Source: Myxococcota bacterium | GTDB lineage: Bacteria > Myxococcota_A > UBA9160 > UBA6930 | Length of the DNA: 64,000 nt | Reading direction: 5' to 3' | Assembly: GCA_965223705.1 (NCBI GenBank) | Contig: OZ245015.1 | Location: 3,648,001 to 3,712,000 of the forward strand | Shown here: in pieces, positions 18,278 through 28,330 of the stretch | Layout: each line of letters begins with the position of its first letter | How positions within the stretch are numbered: position 1 is the stretch's first letter | Notes under the pieces: model-generated | Told to the model about the DNA's origin: nothing | The model's database searches: none | What the model saw: the letters and a program-made list of their open reading frames with translations, nothing else | Program-made: the position numbers and the translations under genes

Positions 18278-19654
18278 GTGGTGGCGGAACAACCGCTGGC
18301 GCTAGTGGTCGAGGACGACCCCGAAGCACTTGAGGTCGTATCGATGATCGCGGCAAGGGAAGGTCTGCGCGTCGAGAGCGCCGTGACCCTCGCCGAGGCA
18401 CGCGACCGGCTCGCACGGAGTCCTGTCGACGTTGCACTCCTCGACATCGACCTCCCGGATGGAGAGGGTTTCGAACTGCTCCCAGAACTCTCGGTACGCG
18501 CTGGGACCCAGGTCATCTTTGTCACGGGCAACAGTTCGGTCGATTCCGCGGTTCGTGCGCTCAAGGGCGGCGCCAGCGATTTTCTAGAGAAACCGGTGCG
18601 CGCCAGCGCGTTGCGAGAGGCACTCCGTAGGGTGCTCGGGACCCAAGACGTGCGAGCCGAAATCGAAAACCTACGCCGCGAAGTGGTACACGCCGAACGG
18701 CTCGGGCCGCTGGTCGGCAGCTCTCCTGCCATGCAGCGCGTCTTCGACCTCATCGTGCGCGTCGCTCCGACAGACGCCACCGTTTTGGTGAGCGGTCCGA
18801 CAGGAACCGGCAAAGAGCTGGTTGCCCAAACGGTCCACCAGATGAGTGAGCGCTCGGAAAAGCCTTTCGTACCCGTGAACTGCGGCGCCATCGCACCCAC
18901 GTTGATCGAGGCGGAACTCTTCGGACACGAAAAGGGCGCGTTCACCGGCGCCGACCGCCGTCGGCAGGGGCTCTTCGAGCGCGCTTCGGGGGGGACGCTC
19001 TTCCTCGACGAGATCACCGAGATGCCGCCCGACATGCAAGTCAAGCTGCTGCGCACCTTGGAGACGGGCAAGGTGCAGCGCTTGGGTTCTGAAACCCTGC
19101 AATCAGTCGACACGCGGGTCATCGCCGCAACCAATCGCATCCCGAAGAAAGCCGTTTCCGAGGGAAAACTGCGCGAGGACCTCTACTACCGTTTGCGCGT
19201 CTTTCCCATCGAGCTCCCGGCGCTGATGGACCGTACCGGGGATGTGGAGCTACTCGCCCAGGTCTTCCTCGAGCGCTGCAACGCGGGCGCCAAGGCGGAG
19301 AAGACGATGAGCGAGTCGGCGCTCGCTGCCCTTCGCACGCACGGTTGGCCAGGTAACGTCCGTGAACTCGCCCACGTAATCGCCCGCGCCCACATTCTCG
19401 CCGATCACCAGATCGAACCCGAGCACCTTCTGTTCGAGCCTCTCGAGAAAGAGGAAGAAGAAACGGGTTCGCATCTTCGGGTTCGAGTCGGCTCACGCAT
19501 CGATGAGGCCGAGCGCCGCCTGATTCTCGCGACCCTCGCTGATCTCGAAGGGAACAAACCGCAAGCGGCCGAGCTGCTCGGCATCAGCCTCAAGACCCTC
19601 TACAACCGTCTGAACGCCTACAACGCGGCCGACCGACGCGGCAAGTGCGCCTAG
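18278..19654 (+). CDS. sigma54-dependent response regulator (NtrC/AtoC-type enhancer-binding protein)
   Basis: Receiver domain, GPTGTGKE, GAFTGA, LFLDEI, WPGNVREL, Fis-type HTH. Confidence 0.96.
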   Translation: MVAEQPLALVVEDDPEALEVVSMIAAREGLRVESAVTLAEARDRLARSPVDVALLDIDLPDGEGFELLPELSVRAGTQVIFVTGNSSVDSAVRALKGGASDFLEKPVRASALREALRRVLGTQDVRAEIENLRREVVHAERLGPLVGSSPAMQRVFDLIVRVAPTDATVLVSGPTGTGKELVAQTVHQMSERSEKPFVPVNCGAIAPTLIEAELFGHEKGAFTGADRRRQGLFERASGGTLFLDEITEMPPDMQVKLLRTLETGKVQRLGSETLQSVDTRVIAATNRIPKKAVSEGKLREDLYYRLRVFPIELPALMDRTGDVELLAQVFLERCNAGAKAEKTMSESALAALRTHGWPGNVRELAHVIARAHILADHQIEPEHLLFEPLEKEEEETGSHLRVRVGSRIDEAERRLILATLADLEGNKPQAAELLGISLKTLYNRLNAYNAADRRGKCA

Positions 19655-19655
19655 C

Positions 19656-19671
19656 TGGCACGCATCGTGCT
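19656..19671 (+). promoter_or_regulatory. sigma54 -24/-12 promoter
   Basis: TGGCACG-CATC-GTGCT. Confidence 0.7.
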
Positions 19672-19683
19672 TTCTCCTAGGCC

Positions 19684-19851
19684 ATGCCCGAACGAAAGCG
19701 CGACAACCCCCCGGTCGGTGATCCGAAACCCGAAGAGGAAGCTGACTTTCCCGGCCGGCAACCCGATGACCGTCCGATAAAGGCCCCGCCCGCACGCGAT
19801 GGAGATCCGAAGCGGCTCCCGCCGGACCCCGATCGCAAACGCGAGAGTTAG
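19684..19851 (+). CDS. 55-aa Pro/charged small protein (not in ORF track)
   Basis: MPERKRDNPPVGDPKPEEEADFPGRQPDDRPIKAPPARDGDPKRLPPDPDRKRES; ATG at about the expected TSS. Confidence 0.45.
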   Translation: MPERKRDNPPVGDPKPEEEADFPGRQPDDRPIKAPPARDGDPKRLPPDPDRKRES

Positions 19852-19870
19852 GTGAGGCGATGGGGTACCC

Positions 19871-20866
19871 ATGAACCCTTTAGAGACTGCAGGCGAGGAA
19901 CCGGCGAGCTCCGAAGTCGGGGAGCCGGCTCCTTTGGAGCCGGAAATTCCGGACACGACCGCCGAAGCCGTCAATGTCGTGGCCGATACGCTGCTCGCGA
20001 CCATCCGAGACGTCGGCCTGGCCTTCGTCGCTCATCTGCCGCTGATCATCGCCGGTATCCTCGTCCTATTCTTCACCTGGGCCGTTGTCGCGGTGTTTCG
20101 CCGTTTCTCCCATCGACTCCTGGCGCGAACGGAGTTGCGCGGCTCACTGCGGGATCTGATCGAACGCCTCGCGATCATTACCCTCTGGACGATGGGGCTG
20201 ATGCTCGCGGCGATGGTCGTGTTCCCCGGCCTAACTCCCACCCGCGCTCTGGGTGCACTCGGACTCGCATCGGTCGCCGTCGGATTCGCCTTCAAGGACA
20301 TCTTTGAGAACTTCTTTGCGGGCATCCTCATTCTGTGGCGCTTCCCCTTCGAGCGCGGTGATTTCATCGAGTGCGAGAACATCGTCGGTCGCGTCGAGGA
20401 CGTCACGATCCGGATGACCCAGCTTCGCCGTCCGAGCGGCGAGCTCTTGGTGCTCCCGAACTCGATTCTGTTCAAGTCCCCCGTCGAGGTCCTCACCAGC
20501 GACGAGACGCGGCGCATCGAAATCATCACGGGCGTTGCCTACGGCGAAGACGTCGCCCACAGCGTCGACGTGATCAAGACGGCAGTGGAAGGCTGTGAAA
20601 CCGTCGACCGTCGTCATGATGTAGAGATCTTCCCCCAGGCGTTTGGCTCATCGAGCATCGACATCGAGGTGGCCTGGTGGTGTGAGTCGACTCCCCTCGG
20701 TGTGCGGCGGTCGCGAGGCGAAGTAGTTACGGCAATCAAGTCGGCCCTGGATTCCGCCGGCATCGAAATTCCCTTCCCTTATCGAACGCTCACCTTCAAG
20801 GAGCCGCTTGCTCTGGAATCCCTGACCGACCAAACGAAACGACAAGAACCGGAGACCACCGAATGA
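19871..20866 (+). CDS. MscS-family mechanosensitive channel
   Basis: AVGFAFKDIFENFFAG, PFERGDFI and AGIEIPFP motifs. Confidence 0.93.
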   Translation: MNPLETAGEEPASSEVGEPAPLEPEIPDTTAEAVNVVADTLLATIRDVGLAFVAHLPLIIAGILVLFFTWAVVAVFRRFSHRLLARTELRGSLRDLIERLAIITLWTMGLMLAAMVVFPGLTPTRALGALGLASVAVGFAFKDIFENFFAGILILWRFPFERGDFIECENIVGRVEDVTIRMTQLRRPSGELLVLPNSILFKSPVEVLTSDETRRIEIITGVAYGEDVAHSVDVIKTAVEGCETVDRRHDVEIFPQAFGSSSIDIEVAWWCESTPLGVRRSRGEVVTAIKSALDSAGIEIPFPYRTLTFKEPLALESLTDQTKRQEPETTE

Positions 20867-21459
20867 GTTTTTCACTGCCTAAACTTCCCTACCCCGAAGA
20901 TGCGTTGGCACCTACCGTCGGCCCGCGCACCGTCGGCATTCACTACAACAAGCATCACCGGGGTTACGTCGACAAGCTGAACAAGGCTGTCGAAAACAAG
21001 CCCGATGAAGAGAAATCCCTCGAGGACCTTATCCAAACCGCTGGCGGAGCCCTCTACAATCACGCGGCCCAGGTCTGGAATCACACCTTCTACTGGCAGA
21101 GCATGAGTCCCGACGGAGGCGGGGAGCCTGCGGGAGCGCTCAAGGACGCCCTCGTCGAGGGTTTCGGGTCCGTCGCCGAGTTTAAGGACCGCTTCTCAGA
21201 GGCCGCCGCCGGAGAGTTCGGTTCGGGATGGGCGTGGCTCGTTCTGGACGACCGGGGACGCCTTCGCGTGACGAGCAGCTCCGATGCGGAAAACCCGCTC
21301 CAGAAGGGGCACACGCCACTTCTCACACTCGACGTATGGGAGCACGCCTACTACCTCGACTATCAGAACGAGCGCCCGCGCTACATCGAGGGTTTCCTCG
21401 ATCGGTTGATTCATTGGGAGTTCGCCGCGGCGAACCTCGAGCGGGCGCGACGGAGCTAG
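20863..21459 (+). CDS. sodB: Fe/Mn superoxide dismutase (likely Fe)
   Basis: HYNKHH, AAQVWNHTFYW, FGSGWAWL and DVWEHAYY motifs. Confidence 0.93.
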   Translation: MSFSLPKLPYPEDALAPTVGPRTVGIHYNKHHRGYVDKLNKAVENKPDEEKSLEDLIQTAGGALYNHAAQVWNHTFYWQSMSPDGGGEPAGALKDALVEGFGSVAEFKDRFSEAAAGEFGSGWAWLVLDDRGRLRVTSSSDAENPLQKGHTPLLTLDVWEHAYYLDYQNERPRYIEGFLDRLIHWEFAAANLERARRS

Positions 21460-22361
21460 TCGCGACTTAGCGCCAGCGTTGTTTCGGGCTCCGTCGGGAT
21501 CAGGACCTCGAGAGCGCGCGGCACGATTTCGACGGTCGCAGGCGTAAACGTGACGATGTCTCCGTCGGTCGCTACGGGAAGACGTCGTGAAGTAGAGAGC
21601 CCGACTCGGCGCGCGCTTCTCTGGTCCACACCGGGCTGTCGATCGCGGTCGCCGCGGGCCAGTCGCGGCCCCAAGGCGAGAAGACGGAGCAGCCGTTGCG
21701 GGCGGATGCTTGAGACATGCAGCACACCGTCGTCAAGGTAGGCGTCGTTGGAGATGACGATCCCACCTCCGTGGGTTCGGCCGTTCGCGACCACTAGATG
21801 AACCGAAGCCAAGATCTCCCGGGAACCGTCGAGCTCGAGCTCGACGCGGAAGCGTCGGCGCTGGCGCAGTGCCGTGATGAATCGGGTCACCTGGCTAAAG
21901 CGGCGCCAGCGTCGCTTGGCTTCGGGTTCCATCTGCGCCGAGACCGCGGCGCCGATTCCCACGGTCGCAGCGTTGAAGAAGTAGTGTCCGTTGACTCGGG
22001 AGACGTCGATACGCGCCGTCTTGGCGTTCCGCAAAGCGGAGCAGGCATCTTCGACTTGGAGCGGCATGCCGAGACCACGGGCCAGATCGTTGGAATTGCC
22101 GAAGGGAAGCAGACCTACCGGCCGATCGGCAGCCACAAGCGCCCCGGCCGACCGCGCAATCGTGCCGTCGCCGCTCCCGATGATTAGCCAATCGCAGCGC
22201 GCCGCCGCCGCTTCGATGTGGTCGGAAAAGTTCTCCGGCGTGTCGACGGAGATCAACTCGAGTTCACTTCCGTCCCGAAGGTTCCGAACCGCATGTTCCA
22301 GATCGGCCGGACAGCGGGAAGCGAGACGATTCACGACCAGGGCGATACGTCTTCGCGTCAC
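21456..22361 (-). CDS. Diacylglycerol/lipid kinase (YegS/DAGK family)
   Basis: GSGDGT, LPFGNSNDLA and NGRTHGGG motifs. Confidence 0.9.
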   Translation of the reverse strand: MTRRRIALVVNRLASRCPADLEHAVRNLRDGSELELISVDTPENFSDHIEAAAARCDWLIIGSGDGTIARSAGALVAADRPVGLLPFGNSNDLARGLGMPLQVEDACSALRNAKTARIDVSRVNGHYFFNAATVGIGAAVSAQMEPEAKRRWRRFSQVTRFITALRQRRRFRVELELDGSREILASVHLVVANGRTHGGGIVISNDAYLDDGVLHVSSIRPQRLLRLLALGPRLARGDRDRQPGVDQRSARRVGLSTSRRLPVATDGDIVTFTPATVEIVPRALEVLIPTEPETTLALSRD

Positions 22362-23206
22362 GAGGCTGCCCCGTCGATCCCGGTGCGAAGCTCACCGCCA
22401 CTCGGACGCGCGAAACGGTGGTGACTCACGGGCGTAAAAGACCGAGGGTCACCCAGGTACAAGTAGTGCGTGATTTCAACGGTTTCGTCGCTGAGATCGA
22501 TCCAGTTGAAGGAATTACTCTCGCGTTCGAGGCCACGGCCACGACGCGAAGTGCTGGTACCGCACTGGGCGACGATGATCCCGTGATCGCGGCGCGCACC
22601 GGCGTACACGTCGAGGGAGTTTCCCAGATAGGCCCGGTGAAGATGACCGGAGAGAACCAAATCCACCTTGAGTTCGGTGAACGTTTCGAGGGCGCGCTTC
22701 GCCCGTGCCATCGGACGGCTTCGTTCGTAGGTCGGCCCGGGAACCAAGTGGTGGTGTAAGACGACGACCCGCCACGCGTCGGAGCTCGCGGTAGAGAAGG
22801 TCGCTCGGCAGAGATCGAGTTGCGAGCGGTGAAGCCGTCCGTTCGCCACCGAGCGGTACGGATCCGAAGAATCGAGGCCCACCAGCACGACGTCCGGAAA
22901 GGTGAGGACTCGATTGGTCTCGGGGTGGATGAACTCTCGATAGAGCGCCCTGGGAGAAAGTAGGCGCTCCCATACGCGGTAGAGCGGGATGTCGTGGTTG
23001 CCGGGAACCGTCAAAGGGGTTCCCGAAAAGCGCGTCAGGAAACGCTTCGCTTCCCGGAACTCGCGCGGTTTCGCGCGCTGGGTGAGATCGCCGGAGACGA
23101 CGACCAGATCCGGTCCGAGCTCGTGAACGCGCCGCACCAATGCCTCGCAAACCTCCGGCACCACCGGGTCGCCGAAGTGGAGGTCTGAGATGTGCGCGAT
23201 GTGCAT
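22358..23206 (-). CDS. Metallophosphoesterase
   Basis: HISDLHFG, SGDLTQ, PGNHD and SGHLH motifs. Confidence 0.92.
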   Translation of the reverse strand: MHIAHISDLHFGDPVVPEVCEALVRRVHELGPDLVVVSGDLTQRAKPREFREAKRFLTRFSGTPLTVPGNHDIPLYRVWERLLSPRALYREFIHPETNRVLTFPDVVLVGLDSSDPYRSVANGRLHRSQLDLCRATFSTASSDAWRVVVLHHHLVPGPTYERSRPMARAKRALETFTELKVDLVLSGHLHRAYLGNSLDVYAGARRDHGIIVAQCGTSTSRRGRGLERESNSFNWIDLSDETVEITHYLYLGDPRSFTPVSHHRFARPSGGELRTGIDGAAS

Positions 23207-23226
23207 TCGTCTCCTTCCAGGCGAGC

Positions 23227-23242
23227 GGGCACGTCCCTTGCA
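23227..23242 (+). promoter_or_regulatory. sigma54 -24/-12 promoter
   Basis: GGGCACG-TCCC-TTGCA. Confidence 0.75.
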
Positions 23243-23264
23243 CAACTCGGACCACGAGGTCCCG

Positions 23265-23465
23265 ATGTCATCCAACGTACCGCAACCGACCTGCTTGAAC
23301 CCCGCCTGCTTTTGCCGCGGGGGTGACGGGAGGCGTGCCTTCTGCTGCGACTACTGCGAGATACAACACGTCGACGACGAGATCGAGGTCAATCCCTGCG
23401 CTTGTGGGCATTCCGCCTGTGAGGCGCAGCGTTTGAAAAATCAACAACTGAGGGAGGAAAAATGA
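23265..23465 (+). CDS. Second metallothionein-like protein
   Basis: CLNPACFC...FCCDYC...CACGHSAC. Confidence 0.75.
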   Translation: MSSNVPQPTCLNPACFCRGGDGRRAFCCDYCEIQHVDDEIEVNPCACGHSACEAQRLKNQQLREEK

Positions 23466-23998
23466 CAACGATTCGTTGCCTAGCGAAGCTTGTGTTGATC
23501 TTGATCGGGGCCGCCCTAGCCGCCTGCTCGACGACCCGGTCGATCGGCGAGCAAGTGTCCGACGCGTCGATTACCTCGACCGTGAACGCGAAATTCGCGG
23601 CCGATCCGGAAGTGAACCCCTTCGAAATCGACGTCGACACGCAAGCGGGCGTGGTCACCTTGAGTGGCTTTGTCGAGACCGAGGCCGAACGCGCCGAGGC
23701 GGAAGACCTCGCTCACGACACGAACGGCGTGAAGAGGGTTGTCAACAACATCCAGATGGGAGATCTCAGTGCGTCCGAAGTCGTGAACGACGCCCGGATC
23801 ACGGCCCGCCTGAAGTCGAAGCTCGCCGCCGACCCTCAGGTTTCGGCCATCAATATCGATGTCGATGTCGATGTCGACCGTGGCGTGGTCACCCTGCGCG
23901 GCGTGGTGTCGGAAGCGTCTTCGAAGGAAGAAGCGGAACGCCTTGCTCGGGCAACCGGTGGCGTGACGGATGTGCGGAACGAAATCGAAGTGAGGTAG
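23462..23998 (+). CDS. OsmY-like double-BON lipoprotein
   Basis: Lipobox LAAC; two DAxIT..V/L..K BON repeats. Confidence 0.92.
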   Translation: MTTIRCLAKLVLILIGAALAACSTTRSIGEQVSDASITSTVNAKFAADPEVNPFEIDVDTQAGVVTLSGFVETEAERAEAEDLAHDTNGVKRVVNNIQMGDLSASEVVNDARITARLKSKLAADPQVSAINIDVDVDVDRGVVTLRGVVSEASSKEEAERLARATGGVTDVRNEIEVR

Positions 23999-24061
23999 CC
24001 ACCCCCGCCTGATCGCCCTTCCCCGCACCCGCGGGCGTCGCAAACACCCCTACAACAGAAG

Positions 24062-24093
24062 GGGCCCGAGACGCATTTCTGCGTCTCGGGCCC
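24062..24093. terminator. 14-bp stem hairpin between convergent genes
   Basis: GGGCCCGAGACGCA-TTTC-TGCGTCTCGGGCCC. Confidence 0.65.
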
Positions 24094-24147
24094 GTCTTGT
24101 CGCCGCCGCCCCTGGAGGGTAGAGCGCGACGCCCCTCTGAGAATCGA

Positions 24148-24498
24148 CTACCAGTATTTATCCGCTTTGTAGTAGTCGTAGATCTGGCTACCAAACGAGC
24201 GGTCGGCCATGTTCGGCCAATTGCTCTTGTCGAACCCGGGTGCGTTCTCGAGCCGTTCCTTGGACTCGTTGAGAACGAAGCGCTTGTTGTCGGCATCGAG
24301 CGCCAGCGCTTGCCAGGGTACTGCAAAGAGCTTGTCGCCGATTCCCAAGAAACCCCCGAAAGAAAGCACGGCGTAGGCGATTCGGTTGTCGTGAACATCG
24401 ACCATGATCTCTTCGATCTTTCCGAGATCGTCGCCAGCGTTGTTCACCACCGAATCTCCGCATACAGAGCTCGCGGATAGAACGGTCGGTTGCATCAT
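24148..24498 (-). CDS. PRC-barrel domain protein
   Basis: LGKIEEIMVD..IAYAVLSFGGFLGIGDKLFAVPW; LENAPGFDKSNWP. Confidence 0.93.
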   Translation of the reverse strand: MMQPTVLSASSVCGDSVVNNAGDDLGKIEEIMVDVHDNRIAYAVLSFGGFLGIGDKLFAVPWQALALDADNKRFVLNESKERLENAPGFDKSNWPNMADRSFGSQIYDYYKADKYW

Positions 24499-24551
24499 CT
24501 TGTATCCTCTTGTGCGGCGCGCAGTCGTTTGCGCGCTCGTCCGTGAGTGAG

Positions 24552-24567
24552 AGCAAGTGTTGTGCCA
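24552..24567 (-). promoter_or_regulatory. sigma54 -24/-12 promoter
   Basis: TGGCACA-ACAC-TTGCT. Confidence 0.82.
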
Positions 24568-24651
24568 GAAGCGCAGAGGCGCTTTGGAACGGCACCGAGG
24601 GCCCGGACAATGCAACCTGTACCAAGCGAATTGAAGAAACGACACTGTCAA

Positions 24652-24667
24652 CGGCACCGGTATTGCA
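24652..24667 (+). promoter_or_regulatory. sigma54 -24/-12 promoter
   Basis: CGGCACC-GGTA-TTGCA. Confidence 0.72.
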
Positions 24668-24753
24668 CCAGTGGCGTTTGCGCAATGGAGGTGACCATGC
24701 GATCGGTCCGGATCGCGACCGCACAGCACGATCATCAGGGGACGACCAACTAG

Positions 24754-26058
24754 ATGCGCGTTTTTCGATGGGCAGCCCAGCTAGCGAGCGTCTGGGAAAC
24801 GATTCGTGCGAGCTATTGGTTCGTGCCCACGGTTATGGCGATCGCGTCAGTGATCGCTGCCGCAGCCATGCTTCGCATCGATGCCACGGTGGACAGCGAC
24901 TGGGTGGTGAGGCTGCCCTGGATCTACACAACCACGGCCGAGGGGGGCCGCTCCGTTCTGAGCGTGATCGCGGGATCGATGATCACCGTGACCGGCGTGG
25001 TGTTTTCCATCACGATCGTGGCCCTGACCCTCGCATCTTCCCAGTTCGGCCCCCGACTCCTTCGCAACTTCATGCGCGATCGCGCGAGCCAGGCTGTGAT
25101 GGGCACCTTCGTCGCCACCTTCCTCTTCAGCCTGATCGTCTTGCGCGCGATCGCGCCCGGCGAGCAACCATTTATTCCGTACCTATCGATGGCCGCCGCC
25201 GCGCTCCTGGGGGTAGCCAGCCTGTTCGTCCTGATCTTCTTCATCCACCACGCCGCCAGCTCGATCCAAGTGGCGGAGGTCGTGCAAAACGTCGTCCGAG
25301 AGATCGACGAAATCCTTCCCGAACTTTTTCCCGAGACACTCGGCGAAGAAGCTCCGATCTCCGCGCAGGCAGCCGGCACGATCGAGACGAACTATGCCGC
25401 CGCCTGGCCGGTCACCGCCGAACGGGAGGGTTACGTTCGGGTCGTCGGTGCCGACAGCCTGCTGCGAGTGGCTAGGGACTGCGACCTCCTGGTCTGGATC
25501 GAATGCCCACCGGGCACCTTCGTTTCGAGACCTACCGTTCTTGCCCGAATCTGGGGTTGCGACCCCGAACGAGCGATCGAGACGGAGATTCGAGACGCGT
25601 TTGCCATCGGACTGCGGAGAACACCGGTCCAAGATCTGCCGTTCTTGACGGGGCAACTGACGGAAATGGCGGTGCGCGCACTCTCACCAGGTACGAATGA
25701 TCCGCAGACGGCCGTGGCTTGCACCGAACGGTTGGGTGCGGTGCTCGAGACGCTGGCATCGCGGGAATTTCCAGGTGCACACCGACGCGACGAGAGCGGC
25801 ATCGTACGTGTCGTCAGCCCGGTGTTCCAGTTCGAAACACTTGTCGCCGAAACGCTTGGCCCGATTCGTCACTACGGAGGGAGCGACGTCGATGTCGTTC
25901 TCGCGCTGTTCCGAGCGGTGGAGGTCACGATCGCGGCGAGCCGGCCAGAACGAAGGGCGTTTCTCGAGAAGTTTCGCCGAGAGATCTTCGAAACCGCGAT
26001 GACGGAAATCTCCGCAGCGACGGATCGTGCGCGGATAGAAAGGCAGGCCGACGCGTGA
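24754..26058 (+). CDS. DUF2254-family membrane protein
   Basis: SYWFVP, LASSQFGPRLLRNF and RALSPGTNDPQTA motifs. Confidence 0.88.
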   Translation: MRVFRWAAQLASVWETIRASYWFVPTVMAIASVIAAAAMLRIDATVDSDWVVRLPWIYTTTAEGGRSVLSVIAGSMITVTGVVFSITIVALTLASSQFGPRLLRNFMRDRASQAVMGTFVATFLFSLIVLRAIAPGEQPFIPYLSMAAAALLGVASLFVLIFFIHHAASSIQVAEVVQNVVREIDEILPELFPETLGEEAPISAQAAGTIETNYAAAWPVTAEREGYVRVVGADSLLRVARDCDLLVWIECPPGTFVSRPTVLARIWGCDPERAIETEIRDAFAIGLRRTPVQDLPFLTGQLTEMAVRALSPGTNDPQTAVACTERLGAVLETLASREFPGAHRRDESGIVRVVSPVFQFETLVAETLGPIRHYGGSDVDVVLALFRAVEVTIAASRPERRAFLEKFRREIFETAMTEISAATDRARIERQADA

Positions 26059-27362
26059 GCGCGTCCAAGATTCTTTTCTTCGTTTTTCTAATTTTCTCGT
26101 TCACTTGCGGAGCGCTGGAAGTCCTTGCCCAGGACGATGCGGAGGTCACCGACAAAGAACTCGAGACTGCCCTGGACCGGAGTTCCGACGAAGCGATCGC
26201 ACAACGGTTGCGCGCCACGTTCAGCGCGCTGCCCGATCTTGCGCCGGTCGCCGTCTCTGTCGAAGCCGGGGTCGTGACACTCCGCGGCTCCGTGGACAGC
26301 GGTCGCAGCCGCGAGCTCGCGGGAGAGCTGGCCGCCCAGATTTCGGAGGTCGCTGCGGTCTCGAACCGCATCGAGGAGAGCCGCTCGGTATCTCGCCGTC
26401 TGTCTGTGGCTCTCGAACGCCTCGAAAGTCGCACCTGGATCCTCCTCGAATCGCTTCCGTTATTGATCTTGGCGCTATTGGTGGTGGTGCTCGCATGGAT
26501 CGCGGCCCGGCTGCTCGCCCGCTGGGGAGCGCTTCTCGACTGGCTGTCGGACAACCCCTTCGTCCGCGACCTGCTCCGCCAGCTGCTGCGCTTCGCGGTG
26601 TTCTCGATCGGGGTCTTGCTCGCCCTAGAAATCCTCGATGCCACCGCCCTGGTCGGTGCGGTGCTCGGCGCCGCCGGGGTTGTGGGCCTTGCCGTCGGGT
26701 TTGCGTTCCGCGATCTGGTCGAGAACTACATTGCGAGCGTGCTTCTGAGTTTGCGCCAGCCGTTCGCGCCCAACGACCTGGTGCAGATCGGCGATCACGA
26801 AGGGCGCGTGGCACGCCTGACTTCTCGTGCGACGATTCTTGTCACCGCCGAAGGCAATCACGTGCGGATCCCGAACGGGGCCGTTTTCAAATCGACGATC
26901 GTGAACATGACGCGCAAGCCGGAGCGTCGCTTTTCGATCGCCGTGGGCGTCGGTGTCGATGAGGATCTCGTCGCAGCGCAAGATCTCGGCGTCGAGACGC
27001 TCCGACAGATGGACGGGGTGCTCGAGCGTCCCGGGCCGACCGCACAGATCGAGGCCTTGGGTGACTCGAGTGTTCTCGTGACGCTCTACGGTTGGGTGGA
27101 TCAAAACGCCTCTGACTATCTCAAGGTCAAGAGCGAAGCCACGCGATTGGTGAAGCAGGCCTTCGACCGGCGCGGGATCGAAATGCCCGAGCCGATTCAC
27201 CGGCTCCGCCTCGAGAAACTCGCCTCGGTCGCACCCCCGCCCCCTCCCCAACCCGAGGGCGAGGCGCGCGACGTTACCCGCGATGCGCACCTCGATGAGC
27301 TCGTGCGCGACGAGCAGGAGGGGGATGAAAACTTGCTCACACAGGACGGAAACGCGGAGTAA
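26055..27362 (+). CDS. MscS channel with N-terminal BON domain
   Basis: Signal peptide, BON unit, AVGFAFRDLVENY. Confidence 0.9.
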   Translation: MSASKILFFVFLIFSFTCGALEVLAQDDAEVTDKELETALDRSSDEAIAQRLRATFSALPDLAPVAVSVEAGVVTLRGSVDSGRSRELAGELAAQISEVAAVSNRIEESRSVSRRLSVALERLESRTWILLESLPLLILALLVVVLAWIAARLLARWGALLDWLSDNPFVRDLLRQLLRFAVFSIGVLLALEILDATALVGAVLGAAGVVGLAVGFAFRDLVENYIASVLLSLRQPFAPNDLVQIGDHEGRVARLTSRATILVTAEGNHVRIPNGAVFKSTIVNMTRKPERRFSIAVGVGVDEDLVAAQDLGVETLRQMDGVLERPGPTAQIEALGDSSVLVTLYGWVDQNASDYLKVKSEATRLVKQAFDRRGIEMPEPIHRLRLEKLASVAPPPPPQPEGEARDVTRDAHLDELVRDEQEGDENLLTQDGNAE

Positions 27363-27364
27363 CG

Positions 27365-28315
27365 ATGGACGAACAACCGGAAAAAAGCGCGACGGCAGAG
27401 GTTCCGGACCCCGAGCCCCTGACGTTCAACGGGGCTCTCGAACGGATCCTCGAGCGACTCCACGAGTGGGGTCAGACATTCTTCGAGTTGCTTCCCAACA
27501 TCGTCGTCGCTTTGGTGGTAGTAATTGCCTTCGCGCTCGCCGGGCGCATTGTTGGGCGGCTCGTGCGGAAAGGATTGGCACGTGTTGCGCACAACGATCA
27601 GCTCGCTGCCCTTGCCTCGGTGGCCATCCGACTCGCTTTCGTCGCCGTCGGAATTTTTATCGGCCTGGGGCTCCTGAATCTCGACAAAGCGCTGACATCG
27701 CTCCTCGCCGGGGTCGGAATTGTCGGACTAGCCTTGGGCTTCGCGTTCCAGGACATCGCGGCGAATTTTATGTCGGGCTCGATCATGGCTCTTCGCCAGC
27801 CCTTCCAGCTCGGCGACCTGGTCGAGACCCACGGCTACATGGGCACCGTGGAGCGGGTGAGCCTTCGGGCGACAGTCCTCCGTCTTTTCACCGGCCAGGA
27901 GGTAATTCTTCCGAACAAGGATGTCTTGCAGAATCCGATAAAAAACTACAGTCGCACGGGCGAGCGTCGGGTCGACATCGATTTGGGGGTATCGTATGAC
28001 GCCGACCTCGAGCGTGCGCGACAGGTCGCAGTCTCTGCGGTCGAGGCCCTCGACTATCGAGATCCCGAGCGAGAGGTCGAGTTCTACTACACGGAGTTCG
28101 GTGATAGTGCCATCGGTCTTTCGATACGCTTTTGGATCGATCTCGGCTCCGACCGAGCGAACTTTCTCGAGGCGCGGTCTCGAGCCGTGGTTGCCGTTCG
28201 GCGGGCCTTCCGAGAAGCCGATCTCGAGATTCCCTTCCCCATCCGAACCCTGGATCTCGGCCGATCCGCGTCGAACGCCCTTCGAGCGCTCGCGGAGCCC
28301 CGACCCGGGCGATGA
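27365..28315 (+). CDS. MscS-family mechanosensitive channel
   Basis: LGFAFQDIAANF, PFQLGD and EIPFPIRT motifs. Confidence 0.93.
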   Translation: MDEQPEKSATAEVPDPEPLTFNGALERILERLHEWGQTFFELLPNIVVALVVVIAFALAGRIVGRLVRKGLARVAHNDQLAALASVAIRLAFVAVGIFIGLGLLNLDKALTSLLAGVGIVGLALGFAFQDIAANFMSGSIMALRQPFQLGDLVETHGYMGTVERVSLRATVLRLFTGQEVILPNKDVLQNPIKNYSRTGERRVDIDLGVSYDADLERARQVAVSAVEALDYRDPEREVEFYYTEFGDSAIGLSIRFWIDLGSDRANFLEARSRAVVAVRRAFREADLEIPFPIRTLDLGRSASNALRALAEPRPGR

Positions 28316-28330
28316 GTCCGGAAGCGAGGC

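Noticed and set aside
23858..23877. GATGTC microsatellite in the BON gene
   Set aside because: Short and in frame (IDVDVDVD); no phase-variation implication
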